The notes: a model not told the origin generated them from the sequence alone. A DNA stretch of 64,000 bases from Nitrososphaeraceae archaeon (GCA_035250975.1 DATFEP010000043.1:36889-100888); one strand, 5' to 3'. Counted from the stretch's first letter, positions 43,171-53,716 are shown. A program made the numbers and translations.

Positions 43171-45076
43171 TAATAAAAAAGTTATTAGTAACAGAATATT
43201 TTCGTCAATTTTTACAGATTTTGAGGGTAGATTCAAAGGCAGGTTAGGTGCAGTAATACCCACTAAAATTTTTAATTCATCAGAGAATGCTCCAATTTCT
43301 GCAAAATATGACTGCAGGATAAAGGCCGGATATCATAAAGATATAATGCGTCTTCTTGAAGAGGGAATGATTGTAGCCGTTAGAAATTTTAAATCAAAAA
43401 CCGAGAATCAGAAAAGAACTGAGGATAGTACTGAAAATTCTAGCGATAAGAGATTTACACTATTGGTAATATCAAGAATATGGCCAGATCATTACGGACT
43501 CAGGGGTTTATCGGATTCTACTTACTACCCTATGCAGTTTGAAGTAATAGAACAATCAGTAATGGATTGGGAGGGCGATGATATGTCCACAATGATGATA
43601 CAATTAAGCACAATTCCTATTAACTATGATTTAATAATTCATGAAGATGATGGAAGTTATGAGTTTGCAAAAGGTTTCTCATACCCTATAATTGGTGATG
43701 AGGCATATCTTCTTAATGCAGAAACAATACGAGACATGTATAATAAAAAGATATTAGAACAGTTACAAAAAGAAAAAGCAAAGAATGTAGATACGCTAGA
43801 TATCAATGAACAAAACATTGGAATAATAAAAATGTTTGAAAATTCAAAGGAGAAAATACCGATATTTGTCAACTATGACAACATGATAAGATATCACTTT
43901 GGGATTTTTTCTTTTACTGGAGGGGGTAAAAGTAATCTTTTATCAAATCTGTTGAGGAAAATCTTGTTAGGAAGTTCTGATAATAAGATAGTGATCTTTG
44001 ATATTTCATCAGAATATCCGTTTCTATTGATGGATGTTTTTAATAATTCAGCGATAAAATCAAAGATCATCCTAGAATCTCCAGTCAAGAATTCTGATCA
44101 ATTCTATATTTCTGTTGTTAAACCTAGAGATTATGAGGAGGATGAAAATGTTAGACGTTCCCTCGCCAAAATATATGGCAAAGGAATAGTATCACATTTC
44201 ATAAAACCACAGGATGTTACTCCTACATTTCATATGATATTAGAACAATTATACAAATTAAGAGAGGAATCTTCTAACAGACCACATTATATAAGTGCAA
44301 TTGGTGAAATTCAAAGAAAAATAATTGAATTCATAAATCAAAATGAACTTGCAGAAAAAGATCCAATAAATGAAAGATTTGTTCAATTCTTAGTTACATA
44401 TGCTCTTCAAGCAATGGAAAAATTCAAGGTTAATGAAAAATCTACATTATTCGGATGGGCAACAAGTCTAGAATATTTAATAAACAGTATACAGAAGAAC
44501 GATAGCAAGAAATCGGATGATGGATTTACAACTGACCAGATTATCAATATGATTGATGGAGATACCAGACTCATATGTTTGTCAATTTCAGATCCATATA
44601 AAATTAAAGACATTGTGATAAATATAAGTAATGAAATATTGAGGAGAAGAAAAAGACAGTTTAAGGTAAGACCGTATATTTTATTTGTCTTTGATGAAGC
44701 ACAAGAATTTGTTGCAGATTTATCAAATTCTAGAGGGATAGATAAAGAATGCAGCCAGGAAGTTGAAACACTTTTGAGGCAGGGAAGAAAATATGGTTTA
44801 GGGGGATGCATAGCAACACAGCGAATTGCTTATCTAAATACTAGTGCATTACAGCAATTACATACATACTTTGTAGGTACATTGCCTAGACCATATGATA
44901 GAAATGTAGTAAGTAGTACATTTACTATAGATCAGGGAATTTTGGAAAAGACTTTAGAATTTGCTCCAGGGGAATGGTTACTATCTAGTTATATAGCCAC
45001 CGGGATAGAAAATATTCCAATTTTCATAAAGGCAGACAATTCAGAAAAGGTGTTAGAAGAGTTTCTAACAAAGTAA
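43148..45076 (+). CDS. HerA-like ATPase/translocase
   Basis: HFGIFSFTGGGKS, IFDISSEY, VFDEAQEF, LRQGRKYGLG..IATQR. Confidence 0.88.
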   Translation: MNQTEDRNNKKVISNRIFSSIFTDFEGRFKGRLGAVIPTKIFNSSENAPISAKYDCRIKAGYHKDIMRLLEEGMIVAVRNFKSKTENQKRTEDSTENSSDKRFTLLVISRIWPDHYGLRGLSDSTYYPMQFEVIEQSVMDWEGDDMSTMMIQLSTIPINYDLIIHEDDGSYEFAKGFSYPIIGDEAYLLNAETIRDMYNKKILEQLQKEKAKNVDTLDINEQNIGIIKMFENSKEKIPIFVNYDNMIRYHFGIFSFTGGGKSNLLSNLLRKILLGSSDNKIVIFDISSEYPFLLMDVFNNSAIKSKIILESPVKNSDQFYISVVKPRDYEEDENVRRSLAKIYGKGIVSHFIKPQDVTPTFHMILEQLYKLREESSNRPHYISAIGEIQRKIIEFINQNELAEKDPINERFVQFLVTYALQAMEKFKVNEKSTLFGWATSLEYLINSIQKNDSKKSDDGFTTDQIINMIDGDTRLICLSISDPYKIKDIVINISNEILRRRKRQFKVRPYILFVFDEAQEFVADLSNSRGIDKECSQEVETLLRQGRKYGLGGCIATQRIAYLNTSALQQLHTYFVGTLPRPYDRNVVSSTFTIDQGILEKTLEFAPGEWLLSSYIATGIENIPIFIKADNSEKVLEEFLTK

Positions 45077-45401
45077 TCTATTGATCATGAGCAAAAAATC
45101 TTGCAAGTGCATTGGAAACAATGGAATAGATTATTCGTCATTACGCTAATCAATATAAGAAGAAACATAAAATCAAAAGAAGACGATATTCCAATTCTGA
45201 TAATAGACAGATATCAATAATAACTTGGTATTTTGATAATAATATTTGTATTACAGAATTGTGTCAAAAATAATTGATTTAGCCTCTCAAAGCATATTTC
45301 ATACAACAGTTTTTTCTACGGGAATCAGAATTTCAATAATATCAGTACATCCAACATCTATTTAATGAATCCTTTATCTACTTCTTATACAATTATATAT
45401 T

Positions 45402-45833
45402 ATGCCTCCAAAAGATAATGTAAATACTGACACACTAATAAAATTATATAAAATTTATGATGGTCATAGAGACGCAATACTCTGGTTTTTAGAAGAACTG
45501 GATGTTGATAGTTATGAAGAATACATACAAAAGTATGGAGGGTCTTCAATTCAAAGATCATATTTTATTGCTGTCTGTGGATTTTTCGAGCTATCAGGTG
45601 TTATTATAAGTCATAGAATGATAGATGCTGGCCTTTATTTTGATATGTTCAACCCTACTCCCTTTTGGAACAAAGCAAAATCTGTAGTACAAGGAATGAG
45701 AAAAAAGAGACCTCATATTTATGAGAACTTTGAAATGTTAAATAACAATAGAATAGGTTGGACAAAAAAACGAGAGATCGATGAGAGGAAAGTATCGCAT
45801 AATATTAAACAAAAAAGATCATACAAACTTTAG
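45402..45833 (+). CDS. Hypothetical protein (DUF4760-like)
   Basis: FFELSG......ID...W........MR.....YENFE.L pattern. Confidence 0.6.
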   Translation: MPPKDNVNTDTLIKLYKIYDGHRDAILWFLEELDVDSYEEYIQKYGGSSIQRSYFIAVCGFFELSGVIISHRMIDAGLYFDMFNPTPFWNKAKSVVQGMRKKRPHIYENFEMLNNNRIGWTKKREIDERKVSHNIKQKRSYKL

Positions 45834-46088
45834 TTTAGTAAATGTAATAACGAGTCTGACCACACCTCCGATAGTTTATGACGTAAGCTTAGAGTCTCAT
45901 GAAACAATTATTGCGATATACAACCAGTAATTATAGAAAGCAATAAAGAACGTTCTATGGCAAGAAGGAAAAAAAGAAATATCTTTTAAGGACAATCATT
46001 TAGACTTGAATGGAAGTAAGGCCTTATACTAAATTTAACTAACAATTAATGTTTCTATTAAACAGTTGCCATAAATCCATTCTAACCT

Positions 46089-46595
46089 ATGATTTATATA
46101 TTTTGTGAAAGTAAAAAATATGTGAAGATACTAAATGCCGGACCCGATCTTAGTCAACCAATGACTGAAGACGAAGTGATAAAATTTCTTACCACTGGTA
46201 AAAGAAATATCTATTTAGGTACGATAGATAAGAAGAATGAACCAAATATTCATCCAACTTCGTATTATTTTGATCCTGATCAACTTAAGTTTTATGTTGA
46301 AAGCTACAAATTCTCTAAAAAAATAGAAAACATGAAAAATAATAAAAAAATATATTTTTGTGTAGATAAACCTACTATACCATATAAAGGTGTACGTGGG
46401 AAAGCGAAAATATCGTTAAAAGAAGATCTTGATTTTACTGTTTTTATATGTGAGAAAAATCTGATGAAATATCTAGGTGGTCTAGAAGATCCTATGGCCA
46501 AAGTTATATTGAATCGTGCAAAAAAAGGAGAATCGATAGTCATTGAAATATCTCCTTTGTATTTTTCAACTTGGGATGATAGTAAAATCACATAA
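46089..46595 (+). CDS. Pyridoxamine 5'-phosphate oxidase-like (flavin/F420-binding split barrel)
   Basis: LGTID...PNIHP, KK..N......FCVD....YKGVRG, TWD. Confidence 0.85.
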   Translation: MIYIFCESKKYVKILNAGPDLSQPMTEDEVIKFLTTGKRNIYLGTIDKKNEPNIHPTSYYFDPDQLKFYVESYKFSKKIENMKNNKKIYFCVDKPTIPYKGVRGKAKISLKEDLDFTVFICEKNLMKYLGGLEDPMAKVILNRAKKGESIVIEISPLYFSTWDDSKIT

Positions 46596-47345
46596 TTGGT
46601 TTTTGATATAATATATCTTTTAAATTCTGTAGTAAAGAACAAAAGTCCAAATACGCAGTATATTATCGCATTACAGACGATAGAAAATCAGATTTAGAAT
46701 CCAGGTTTTGAAATATTTAATTATCAACTGTGACATACATAATCTGAGAGAAAAAATCTCTGAATATAGTAAAGAAGATTTCGTAAACATATTTCGAGAA
46801 CGTATTATTATAATAATAAAAATGCAAAAATTGAGGAAAATGAATTGTAAATTATACCAAAATTTGGTATCTTACATACCATAGGATATTTAGAGTCTTT
46901 GGAAAAAATCGTTCAATGACACTTCTATACAGTTATTTAATAGAAAATACAAAATCCTTATGAAGAACAAGATGAAAACAAGATTTTGAAACCCAAGATA
47001 GAACAAAGAGAATATGCAGAAATACCTACACAATGTACCCTTGATACATCTGTCGTAAAAAAGATCAGAGATCAAAGATCAAAGAAAAAGTGAATGCAAA
47101 AGAACAGGCGAATAACCAATTATGTTTTCAGATAAAAAAAGTTAGAAGACAAAATGCAGAGAGAAAATGTAACGGGTTATAATAATTTGACTAAATTAAT
47201 TACTCAGAATCAGTATCTTATATTTTGGTTCATACCTTAGAATCTATGATTGAATTTGAAGTATTATCAGATACGACAGAGATGAATTACTTTATCGTAA
47301 ATATATCCAAAGAATAATTAATTTGAAGATTATAGTGCTTTAACA

Positions 47346-47942
47346 TTGATAATTAAAAACCTATTCCTGATAGTAGTAATTGTTTCCTTATGTTTACTTT
47401 TCTCTGCAATTAATAATACCAACCCAGCCCAATCATTAGTTTTTCCAGAAGATGACACTTCCGAAAATAGTAATAAAAATAAAATTGATATTCACAATGA
47501 TAAGGAGAACTATAAATACAAGGAACAAAAAGAAACACAATCCAAATCTGCAGTAACATCTCCCAAAGAATATGAAACTCAACAAGAAGAGGATATAGAA
47601 CTAGAAGGTACAGTCAATTATATTGTTGATGGAGATACTCTAGATATTAATGATATTAGAATAAGACTTTCTCTTGTGGATACTCCTGAACGAGGTCAAG
47701 AAGGATTCAAACAGGCAAAAGAATTTGTAAAGAAACTCTGTCTTAATAAAAAAGGTCAGGTGGACATTGATGATGGTCAGCGTCGAGGAGATAGATATGG
47801 AAGAGACATTGGGGTAGTTTTTTGTGATGGAGTGAATATCAATAAAGCATTGGTGGATAATAATTTGGCTAGAATTTATACAGAATATTGCGATATCTCT
47901 GAATTTAAGAATGAAAAATGGGCCAAATCAGATTGTCATTAA
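47346..47942 (+). CDS. Secreted thermonuclease (SNase)
   Basis: Signal peptide; VDGDT, RIRL..VDTPE, DRYGR, N..LV....A. Confidence 0.9.
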   Translation: MIIKNLFLIVVIVSLCLLFSAINNTNPAQSLVFPEDDTSENSNKNKIDIHNDKENYKYKEQKETQSKSAVTSPKEYETQQEEDIELEGTVNYIVDGDTLDINDIRIRLSLVDTPERGQEGFKQAKEFVKKLCLNKKGQVDIDDGQRRGDRYGRDIGVVFCDGVNINKALVDNNLARIYTEYCDISEFKNEKWAKSDCH

Positions 47943-48070
47943 TTGTAACTAAAAATTTGGACATCCAAGCAGTTTAGTTCTATTCCGAAAATATTTCTTA
48001 CAAATGCTGTATTTTTTAAAGACAATGGATTATGATCATAGCCTCCATTTGTCAAATGCAAGCTAAACCT

Positions 48071-48218
48071 GAACAATGTGATTTCTTATATCCTGACATT
48101 TGTATACCATCTCGGACCACCAGATTTGGATTGTTCATACATTCAGACAAAAATTGAGTGTTGTCCCCCGGTTCCACATAGATTTGATCGTGAGGGAATG
48201 GCTTGGGATGTGAATCGA
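48071..48218 (+). pseudogene. Frameshifted excalibur-like Ca-binding domain remnant
   Basis: Across frames: CD..YPDICIP / PPDLDC / PP.PHRFD..G.G.GCE. Confidence 0.6.
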
Positions 48219-48277
48219 AATTATTACATAAAAAAAGGAAAGTATTCTGAAAGGCAAGTTTTATCTATAGACACATT

Positions 48278-49168
48278 CTATTTAAAAAAATCTGATATCG
48301 ATGTCTGTTTTGTCTTTTTATTATTTAAATCATTAAATTTTGAATAATTTTCATTTTCCATGTTCCCGATAAAACGTTTATAATCTAAAATTGGGAATGT
48401 TATCTTCTCTTTCAGATTCATCAGCTCTCCGAACATCTTTGCAGTCATGGGACCAAAACCCGCATAGTGATTATTTGATGATACGATTGCTGTCTTTATA
48501 ATAGCCTCATTATTCTTGACATCATTTAAAATATTTGACCATTTCTCCATCTCAAGCTTTCTATCTTTTTGTATCTTTCCAAAATCCTTGTCAAAAATAC
48601 TTCTATCTCCTATCAATCTCAAATAAACAAAATCTGTAGTCATTACCGGAGGAGTAACTAGTCTATCTTGTTGACTCCATACAAGACAAAAATAATTTTG
48701 TTTAAAGTAATTGAAAGCTAGATCATTAAACCAACTATGATGTCTGACTTCTATGGCATATCTATATGAGTTATTCAATTGGGACTCTAGATTTTTCAGG
48801 AAATTCAGTCCTTCAGTAACATCAAGCCAAGGAGGTAGCTGTATGAGAAGAGTGACTAACTTTTTTTGTAAAGGTTTCATTACCTCGAAAAATCTCGATA
48901 CATTTTCAAAAAGGCTATCATCAAGTTGTTTATCATGTGTTATAACCTTTGGAAATTTGACAGCGAATTTGAAATCTTCTGGTGTTCTTCTTTCCCAATT
49001 CTGTACCATAAGCCTAGAAGGTATTCTGTAGAAGGTAGAATCTATCTCAACAAATTTAAAAATTTTAGAATAATATGAAAGCCACTCTCGAGTATCTAAG
49101 TCCTCAGGATAGAATGGTCCTTTCCATGCATCATAACTCCATCCCGAACAACCAAGATAAAATTCCAA
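48278..49168 (-). CDS. DUF72 (YecE-like) TIM-barrel protein with C-terminal PIP box
   Basis: GCSGWSY..W...FYP, VEIDSTFY, ITH, QLPP, EVRH.SW, NNHYAG; ends QTSISDFFK. Confidence 0.92.
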   Translation of the reverse strand: MEFYLGCSGWSYDAWKGPFYPEDLDTREWLSYYSKIFKFVEIDSTFYRIPSRLMVQNWERRTPEDFKFAVKFPKVITHDKQLDDSLFENVSRFFEVMKPLQKKLVTLLIQLPPWLDVTEGLNFLKNLESQLNNSYRYAIEVRHHSWFNDLAFNYFKQNYFCLVWSQQDRLVTPPVMTTDFVYLRLIGDRSIFDKDFGKIQKDRKLEMEKWSNILNDVKNNEAIIKTAIVSSNNHYAGFGPMTAKMFGELMNLKEKITFPILDYKRFIGNMENENYSKFNDLNNKKTKQTSISDFFK

Positions 49169-49450
49169 TACATTATATTATATTTTCATTGCAAAAACCT
49201 TTTAGAAAATTAAGATTAATAAAAAAGTTAATAATTGATTACAACATTTTTTCTGGGTGAAAAATATTCAATTTTCAATAAGTAGTTTACTCTTTTTCAA
49301 CAGCTAGCGTACACTTTATCTATGGGATTTTAGCTACATACTTAAATTTCTTTATTCTTATTTATTATCTTTAGATCTATATTGTATAATGTTAAGATAA
49401 ATTAACTGAATTTTTTCCAAATAGTTGTCAAAATCAAATCAACAGTGTAT

Positions 49451-49978
49451 TTATTTTTTAACTTGTCCTATTAATTCCAGTTTATTTTCGGGTTGATATA
49501 ATTTGACTTTAGATTCATATTCAATATCTGGCTTACCAAAAGTATCGTTGTCAACATCAAATCCTAAATCTCCTTTATAGATAAAAATTTTGTCTTCAGT
49601 TTCAGGGTTGTCCGCTGTACTATTAATTAAATCAAATGAACCTGACAATTTATAATATTTGTATAAAATAGAATCGCCTGTAGAATTTGCCTTATCTTCA
49701 ATCTTTAGTGTTCCCGAAAAAGTTCTCGAATTATCTTTAAATAAATTATCAAATGATGTTTTCTCAAATTCGTATAAACAATTAATTTCAGGACAAATTT
49801 TATTACCTTCACCTAAGGTCATATTAGTATTCTGAAAATAAAGATAAGAATCTATAAGATTGCCTTTTTTCAATGTTGAATTTATTTCAATTGTATCTAA
49901 AGATTGAGGGAAGGAAGAATTGGCTATTGGAAGAATTGTTATTCCTACAAGGGTCATAATTAGTAATAGGTTTAGCAT
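49451..49978 (-). CDS. Secreted hypothetical protein
   Basis: Signal peptide, ICPEINC. Confidence 0.6.
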   Translation of the reverse strand: MLNLLLIMTLVGITILPIANSSFPQSLDTIEINSTLKKGNLIDSYLYFQNTNMTLGEGNKICPEINCLYEFEKTSFDNLFKDNSRTFSGTLKIEDKANSTGDSILYKYYKLSGSFDLINSTADNPETEDKIFIYKGDLGFDVDNDTFGKPDIEYESKVKLYQPENKLELIGQVKK

Positions 49979-50029
49979 ATTATAGAGAATTGATATTTAA
50001 TTTAAAAAATATAAATAGTTTTATTTTAT

Positions 50030-50491
50030 CTAGGTTACAATATTAGATCTTTTTCTCGCAAACTCAAATATCCTTTTCACTTCTTCCCTCTGGCCTTCAG
50101 GAACTTCATAGTATATGATAATATCAAGCATCCCGGTCTTGACGTCTTTATCCCTCTGAGAACCATGAACCTTTCCATTATGATTTCTTATGATATCTAA
50201 TAGAACCTCATACTGTTTTTGTACTTCCTTTACTGAACCTTGTAATAATTCAAAGGAGTTATCCATCTTAGGTTTTGACAAAGTTGAATCTCGTCCTTTC
50301 CTGTAGGGATAAGAAGTGTTTGATGATGTACTTGTAGGTTTGTTACCATAGGTACCTCTATTAGGACAAATATGCTTTTTTCTTGTATATGCTTCCCAAT
50401 ATTCATTGTAGTCTGCATTCCAAAAGATTTGAGTATTACAACCATATATACAGGTCTTGAATTTAGTAGCGTCGGTATCCTTAGAACTCAT
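50030..50491 (-). CDS. Hypothetical protein with N-terminal Zn-ribbon-like motif
   Basis: CIYGC...HIC; C-terminal VHGSQ...YYEVP domain. Confidence 0.65.
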   Translation of the reverse strand: MSSKDTDATKFKTCIYGCNTQIFWNADYNEYWEAYTRKKHICPNRGTYGNKPTSTSSNTSYPYRKGRDSTLSKPKMDNSFELLQGSVKEVQKQYEVLLDIIRNHNGKVHGSQRDKDVKTGMLDIIIYYEVPEGQREEVKRIFEFARKRSNIVT

Positions 50492-50497
50492 TTTTTA

Positions 50498-50746
50498 TTA
50501 TTTCCTAAAATTAGATTTCTGAACCTCAGTTTTTTGTATAACTATTTTTTCTCTGTCAGTAAGGATGTGAATGACATCTCTTAATTGGATGCCTGATTTT
50601 TCAGCATCTTCTTTAGGAATACTTGGCACTATAGGAGGATTGCTACGGCCTCTTTCAATTCTTATTTTACTATAAGCGTAAGCACTAAGCTTCTTTGAAG
50701 TCATGATTATACATTTAATATTAAATTGCATGTATAAATATATCAT
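50498..50746 (-). CDS. AbrB/MazE/SpoVT-type DNA-binding protein
   Basis: SIPKEDAEKSGIQLRD......EKIVIQK. Confidence 0.6.
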   Translation of the reverse strand: MIYLYMQFNIKCIIMTSKKLSAYAYSKIRIERGRSNPPIVPSIPKEDAEKSGIQLRDVIHILTDREKIVIQKTEVQKSNFRK

Positions 50747-51077
50747 GTATCGACTATATATATATGTGTCTTATTTAACGATACTATTGAGATTGATCTG
50801 ACTTTATAATACTTATAAAACAAATAGTTTCTAAACAAATCTTAAAGAAAACAACAAAAAATAGAAGAAAAGGAAACACATCATGAATCAGGGTATTGAG
50901 AGAAAAAAAGTTTGTGAAATATTAAATTATTTTTATACAAATTTGATAGAAAATAAAATATCAAATCATTCATTCATTCATTCATTTTACAGTATACATA
51001 GAAAAAAAATAAGGATTTTATTTAATTGCTGTTCATCATTTGTATTTTATTTCTCGTATCTAGGATGAAATACTTTT

Positions 51078-51443
51078 TCACTTGCCGGATGTAAATATTT
51101 TCTCCAATTCATTGTAGAATTCCTTATTCGCTGTCGACTTTGTTAAAGATGTTTGCCATTGTTTTTCTACTGTCTTAATAGTTAACTCTATTGCCTTATC
51201 AATAGTAGTTCCCCATTCTTTTTCAATTATTTTTTTTAGTTTTTCTACATGAACTTCTTTCAACGCAGTATAAAATGAACTTTCCAATAGTGATTTTGCT
51301 GCACTAATTGGGTCTGTATCACAACAAGGAGAGCTATTACAGCTTGTTGTTTCACAACCACATGATCCTTCTGTACATTTGTTTGTCGATTCTTTCATTG
51401 TTTCATTACTTGCCCAATTTGTTTCACATTGATTTTCGACCAT
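51078..51443 (-). CDS. Cys-rich hypothetical protein
   Basis: Cys cluster in the N-terminal half, helical C-terminus; SD-like GAGGT upstream. Confidence 0.7.
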   Translation of the reverse strand: MVENQCETNWASNETMKESTNKCTEGSCGCETTSCNSSPCCDTDPISAAKSLLESSFYTALKEVHVEKLKKIIEKEWGTTIDKAIELTIKTVEKQWQTSLTKSTANKEFYNELEKIFTSGK

Positions 51444-51462
51444 CTTTCTATTACCTCGTGTA

Positions 51463-51516
51463 ACTTACTATAGAAAGGTAAGTATTTAAATTAGTAAGTG
51501 ATAAACTGGTAAGTGG
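51463..51516. promoter_or_regulatory. ACTTAC/GTAAGT operator cluster in a divergent promoter
   Basis: ACTTAC-N9-GTAAGT plus GTAAGTG repeats at 51494 and 51509. Confidence 0.55.
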
Positions 51517-51532
51517 GTGAAATATTAGTAAC

Positions 51533-51988
51533 TTGACAGACCAAAAATTATCTGAACAATATGGAGAAAGAGAAAATATTAATCAGTTTATGATCGATGA
51601 TATGAATTGTAAATGTTGTCCAGTTTTTAATACGCTCAATATCATAGGAAAAAAATTCACAACACTGCTATTACGTAACATGATTTTTCTAAAACAAAAA
51701 AGATTCAGTGAGTTTCTTAATTCCATAGAGGAGATAAATCCCAAAACATTGTCTATACGACTTAAAGAAATGGAAAGAGAAGGGCTAATAAAAAGAGAAG
51801 TATTTAACGAAACTCCTGTCAGAATAGAATATTACTTGACTGAAAAGGGAAAAGCATTACAACCAATACTGATGCAAATGGCATTATTTTCCATAAAATA
51901 TTGTTGTGATGAAGTATTTGATAATCCTGACCCTAACAAGATTAATAAAATAAATTCAAAATCCCTTAGTAAATATATGACCACATAA
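51533..51988 (+). CDS. HxlR-family transcriptional regulator
   Basis: CPV..TL.IIGKK, RFSE, KTLS.RLKE, P.RIEY.LTEKG. Confidence 0.92.
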   Translation: MTDQKLSEQYGERENINQFMIDDMNCKCCPVFNTLNIIGKKFTTLLLRNMIFLKQKRFSEFLNSIEEINPKTLSIRLKEMEREGLIKREVFNETPVRIEYYLTEKGKALQPILMQMALFSIKYCCDEVFDNPDPNKINKINSKSLSKYMTT

Positions 51989-52582
51989 ACATATGTATTC
52001 TTAAATGTTTAGATCTTTTTTATTAATCAAATTTTCATGTTCTGTTAATATGACTATCTATTGAAATTTGTCAAAAGCAGAACGTTAACATGCAGTGAAT
52101 GCAACTATATCTTTACTTTGCGTCGTTATACATAATTTATATAAGTCTCTGACAATTTTAAGGAATAAAAATTAAATTCTGCATTTGTGTAAATTTGAAT
52201 AGAATTCAACGATTTGATGTGTATCACAAAATATAAAGAAAAGGAGTATCGGTATACATTATAGATGAAGCTACTAGTCAGATTGGTAGTCAACGTTTCT
52301 GTTATTGTTTCGTATTGAACTGGTACCTCATTCTTATGTGTTGAGAATCCACACTTTAGCGGAGAGAAATATGTTTGATGATTACCATTTATTCATTCAT
52401 TGGTTTAAAACTATTGAAAACATACCGTATGAAGATGCAGGTAGCCAGTATCTAAAGCTTACAATGTAATAGGATTGAAACTTGCAAATCATCCTAATTT
52501 TAGCAAAATCTGATGCAAAGAGTTGTCCAAGATTTTAAAAATAAAACCGTATCTTTTTTATTTATAATTTTCAGTACATGTT

Positions 52583-53716
52583 ATGCAAATTCTTTTTACA
52601 GGTGATGTTATGCTAGGTAGACTTGTAAATGAAGTTCTTGCAAACTCTAATTTCACCTATGTATGGGGAGATACCACAGATATCATCAAAAGAGCAGATT
52701 TTTCTCTTATAAATTTAGAATGTGCGATATCTTCAAGGGGAAAAGAATGGAATAAAACATTGAAAGTATTCCATTTTCGTGCTAATCCTGATGCCATTAA
52801 AGTTTTGAATTCTGCCTCTATTGATTATACATCTCTAGCAAATAATCATGTTTTAGATTATGACTTTGAAGCTTTACTAGACACCATTAATTTTCTGAAG
52901 GAGAATAATATTTCTCATTCTGGCGCAGGCGTGAATTTAAAAGAAGCTATGAAAGCCGCTTTCATAGAAAAAACATTAAAACCATGTGCAAATAATATTA
53001 GTTCTTATTATAACGAAGCCGACTATGAACAAGCCAACGATAATAATATCAAAAATACTATAAGAATTGCAGTAATTTCTTTAACGGATAATGAGCCAGA
53101 ATGGGAAGCAAAAGGCGACTCTGCTGGGATAAATTATATTCCAATATCATTGGATCCCGAAGAATATTATCATAGACTTAAAAATTCTATTGAGGAGGCT
53201 AGAAAGCAATCAGATTTACTTATAGTCTCGTCTCATGTTGGACCACATTTCCGAGAAACACCTTCTAGGGAATACGTAAATTTTGCACATAAAATAATAG
53301 ATTTCGGTGCTGACATATATTGGGGGCATAGTAACCATATGCCCCAAGGAATAGAGATCTATAAAGCAAATGATAATAGCAATAATAAAATAATAATATA
53401 TGATGCTGGCGATTTTATAGATGATTATGCTATAGACTCTTATTACAGAAATGACTTGTCCTTTATTTTTATATTGCATTTTAATCTTGATAAGAATTAT
53501 AAATTTTCAAATAGCAGCGATAAAGGTAACATATTGTTACTAAATGGCATAATTGAACTTATTCCTACGAAGATAAGCAACTTAAAGGTTAATAGAATTT
53601 CAGCAGACGATAACGATGCTGATCTAATAATAAAGAGAATGGTCAAAAGATGTTCCAATTTGGGCACAAAATGTTTTATAGACCAAAAGAAAAAAAGAAT
53701 ACTAATATTCCTTTAA
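52583..53716 (+). CDS. CapA-family metallophosphoesterase (PGA_cap)
   Basis: GDVMLGR, NLEC, LANNHVLDY, GHSNH. Confidence 0.9.
   Translation: MQILFTGDVMLGRLVNEVLANSNFTYVWGDTTDIIKRADFSLINLECAISSRGKEWNKTLKVFHFRANPDAIKVLNSASIDYTSLANNHVLDYDFEALLDTINFLKENNISHSGAGVNLKEAMKAAFIEKTLKPCANNISSYYNEADYEQANDNNIKNTIRIAVISLTDNEPEWEAKGDSAGINYIPISLDPEEYYHRLKNSIEEARKQSDLLIVSSHVGPHFRETPSREYVNFAHKIIDFGADIYWGHSNHMPQGIEIYKANDNSNNKIIIYDAGDFIDDYAIDSYYRNDLSFIFILHFNLDKNYKFSNSSDKGNILLLNGIIELIPTKISNLKVNRISADDNDADLIIKRMVKRCSNLGTKCFIDQKKKRILIFL

Noticed and set aside
46740-47290. Purine-rich, coding-like plus-strand stretch with many stops
   Set aside because: Probably a pseudogene but no family recognisable
52340-52380. 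GAATCCACACTTTAGCGGAGAG, resembling a degenerate IS200/IS605 end
   Set aside because: Hairpin too degenerate and no tnpA/tnpB remnant recognised
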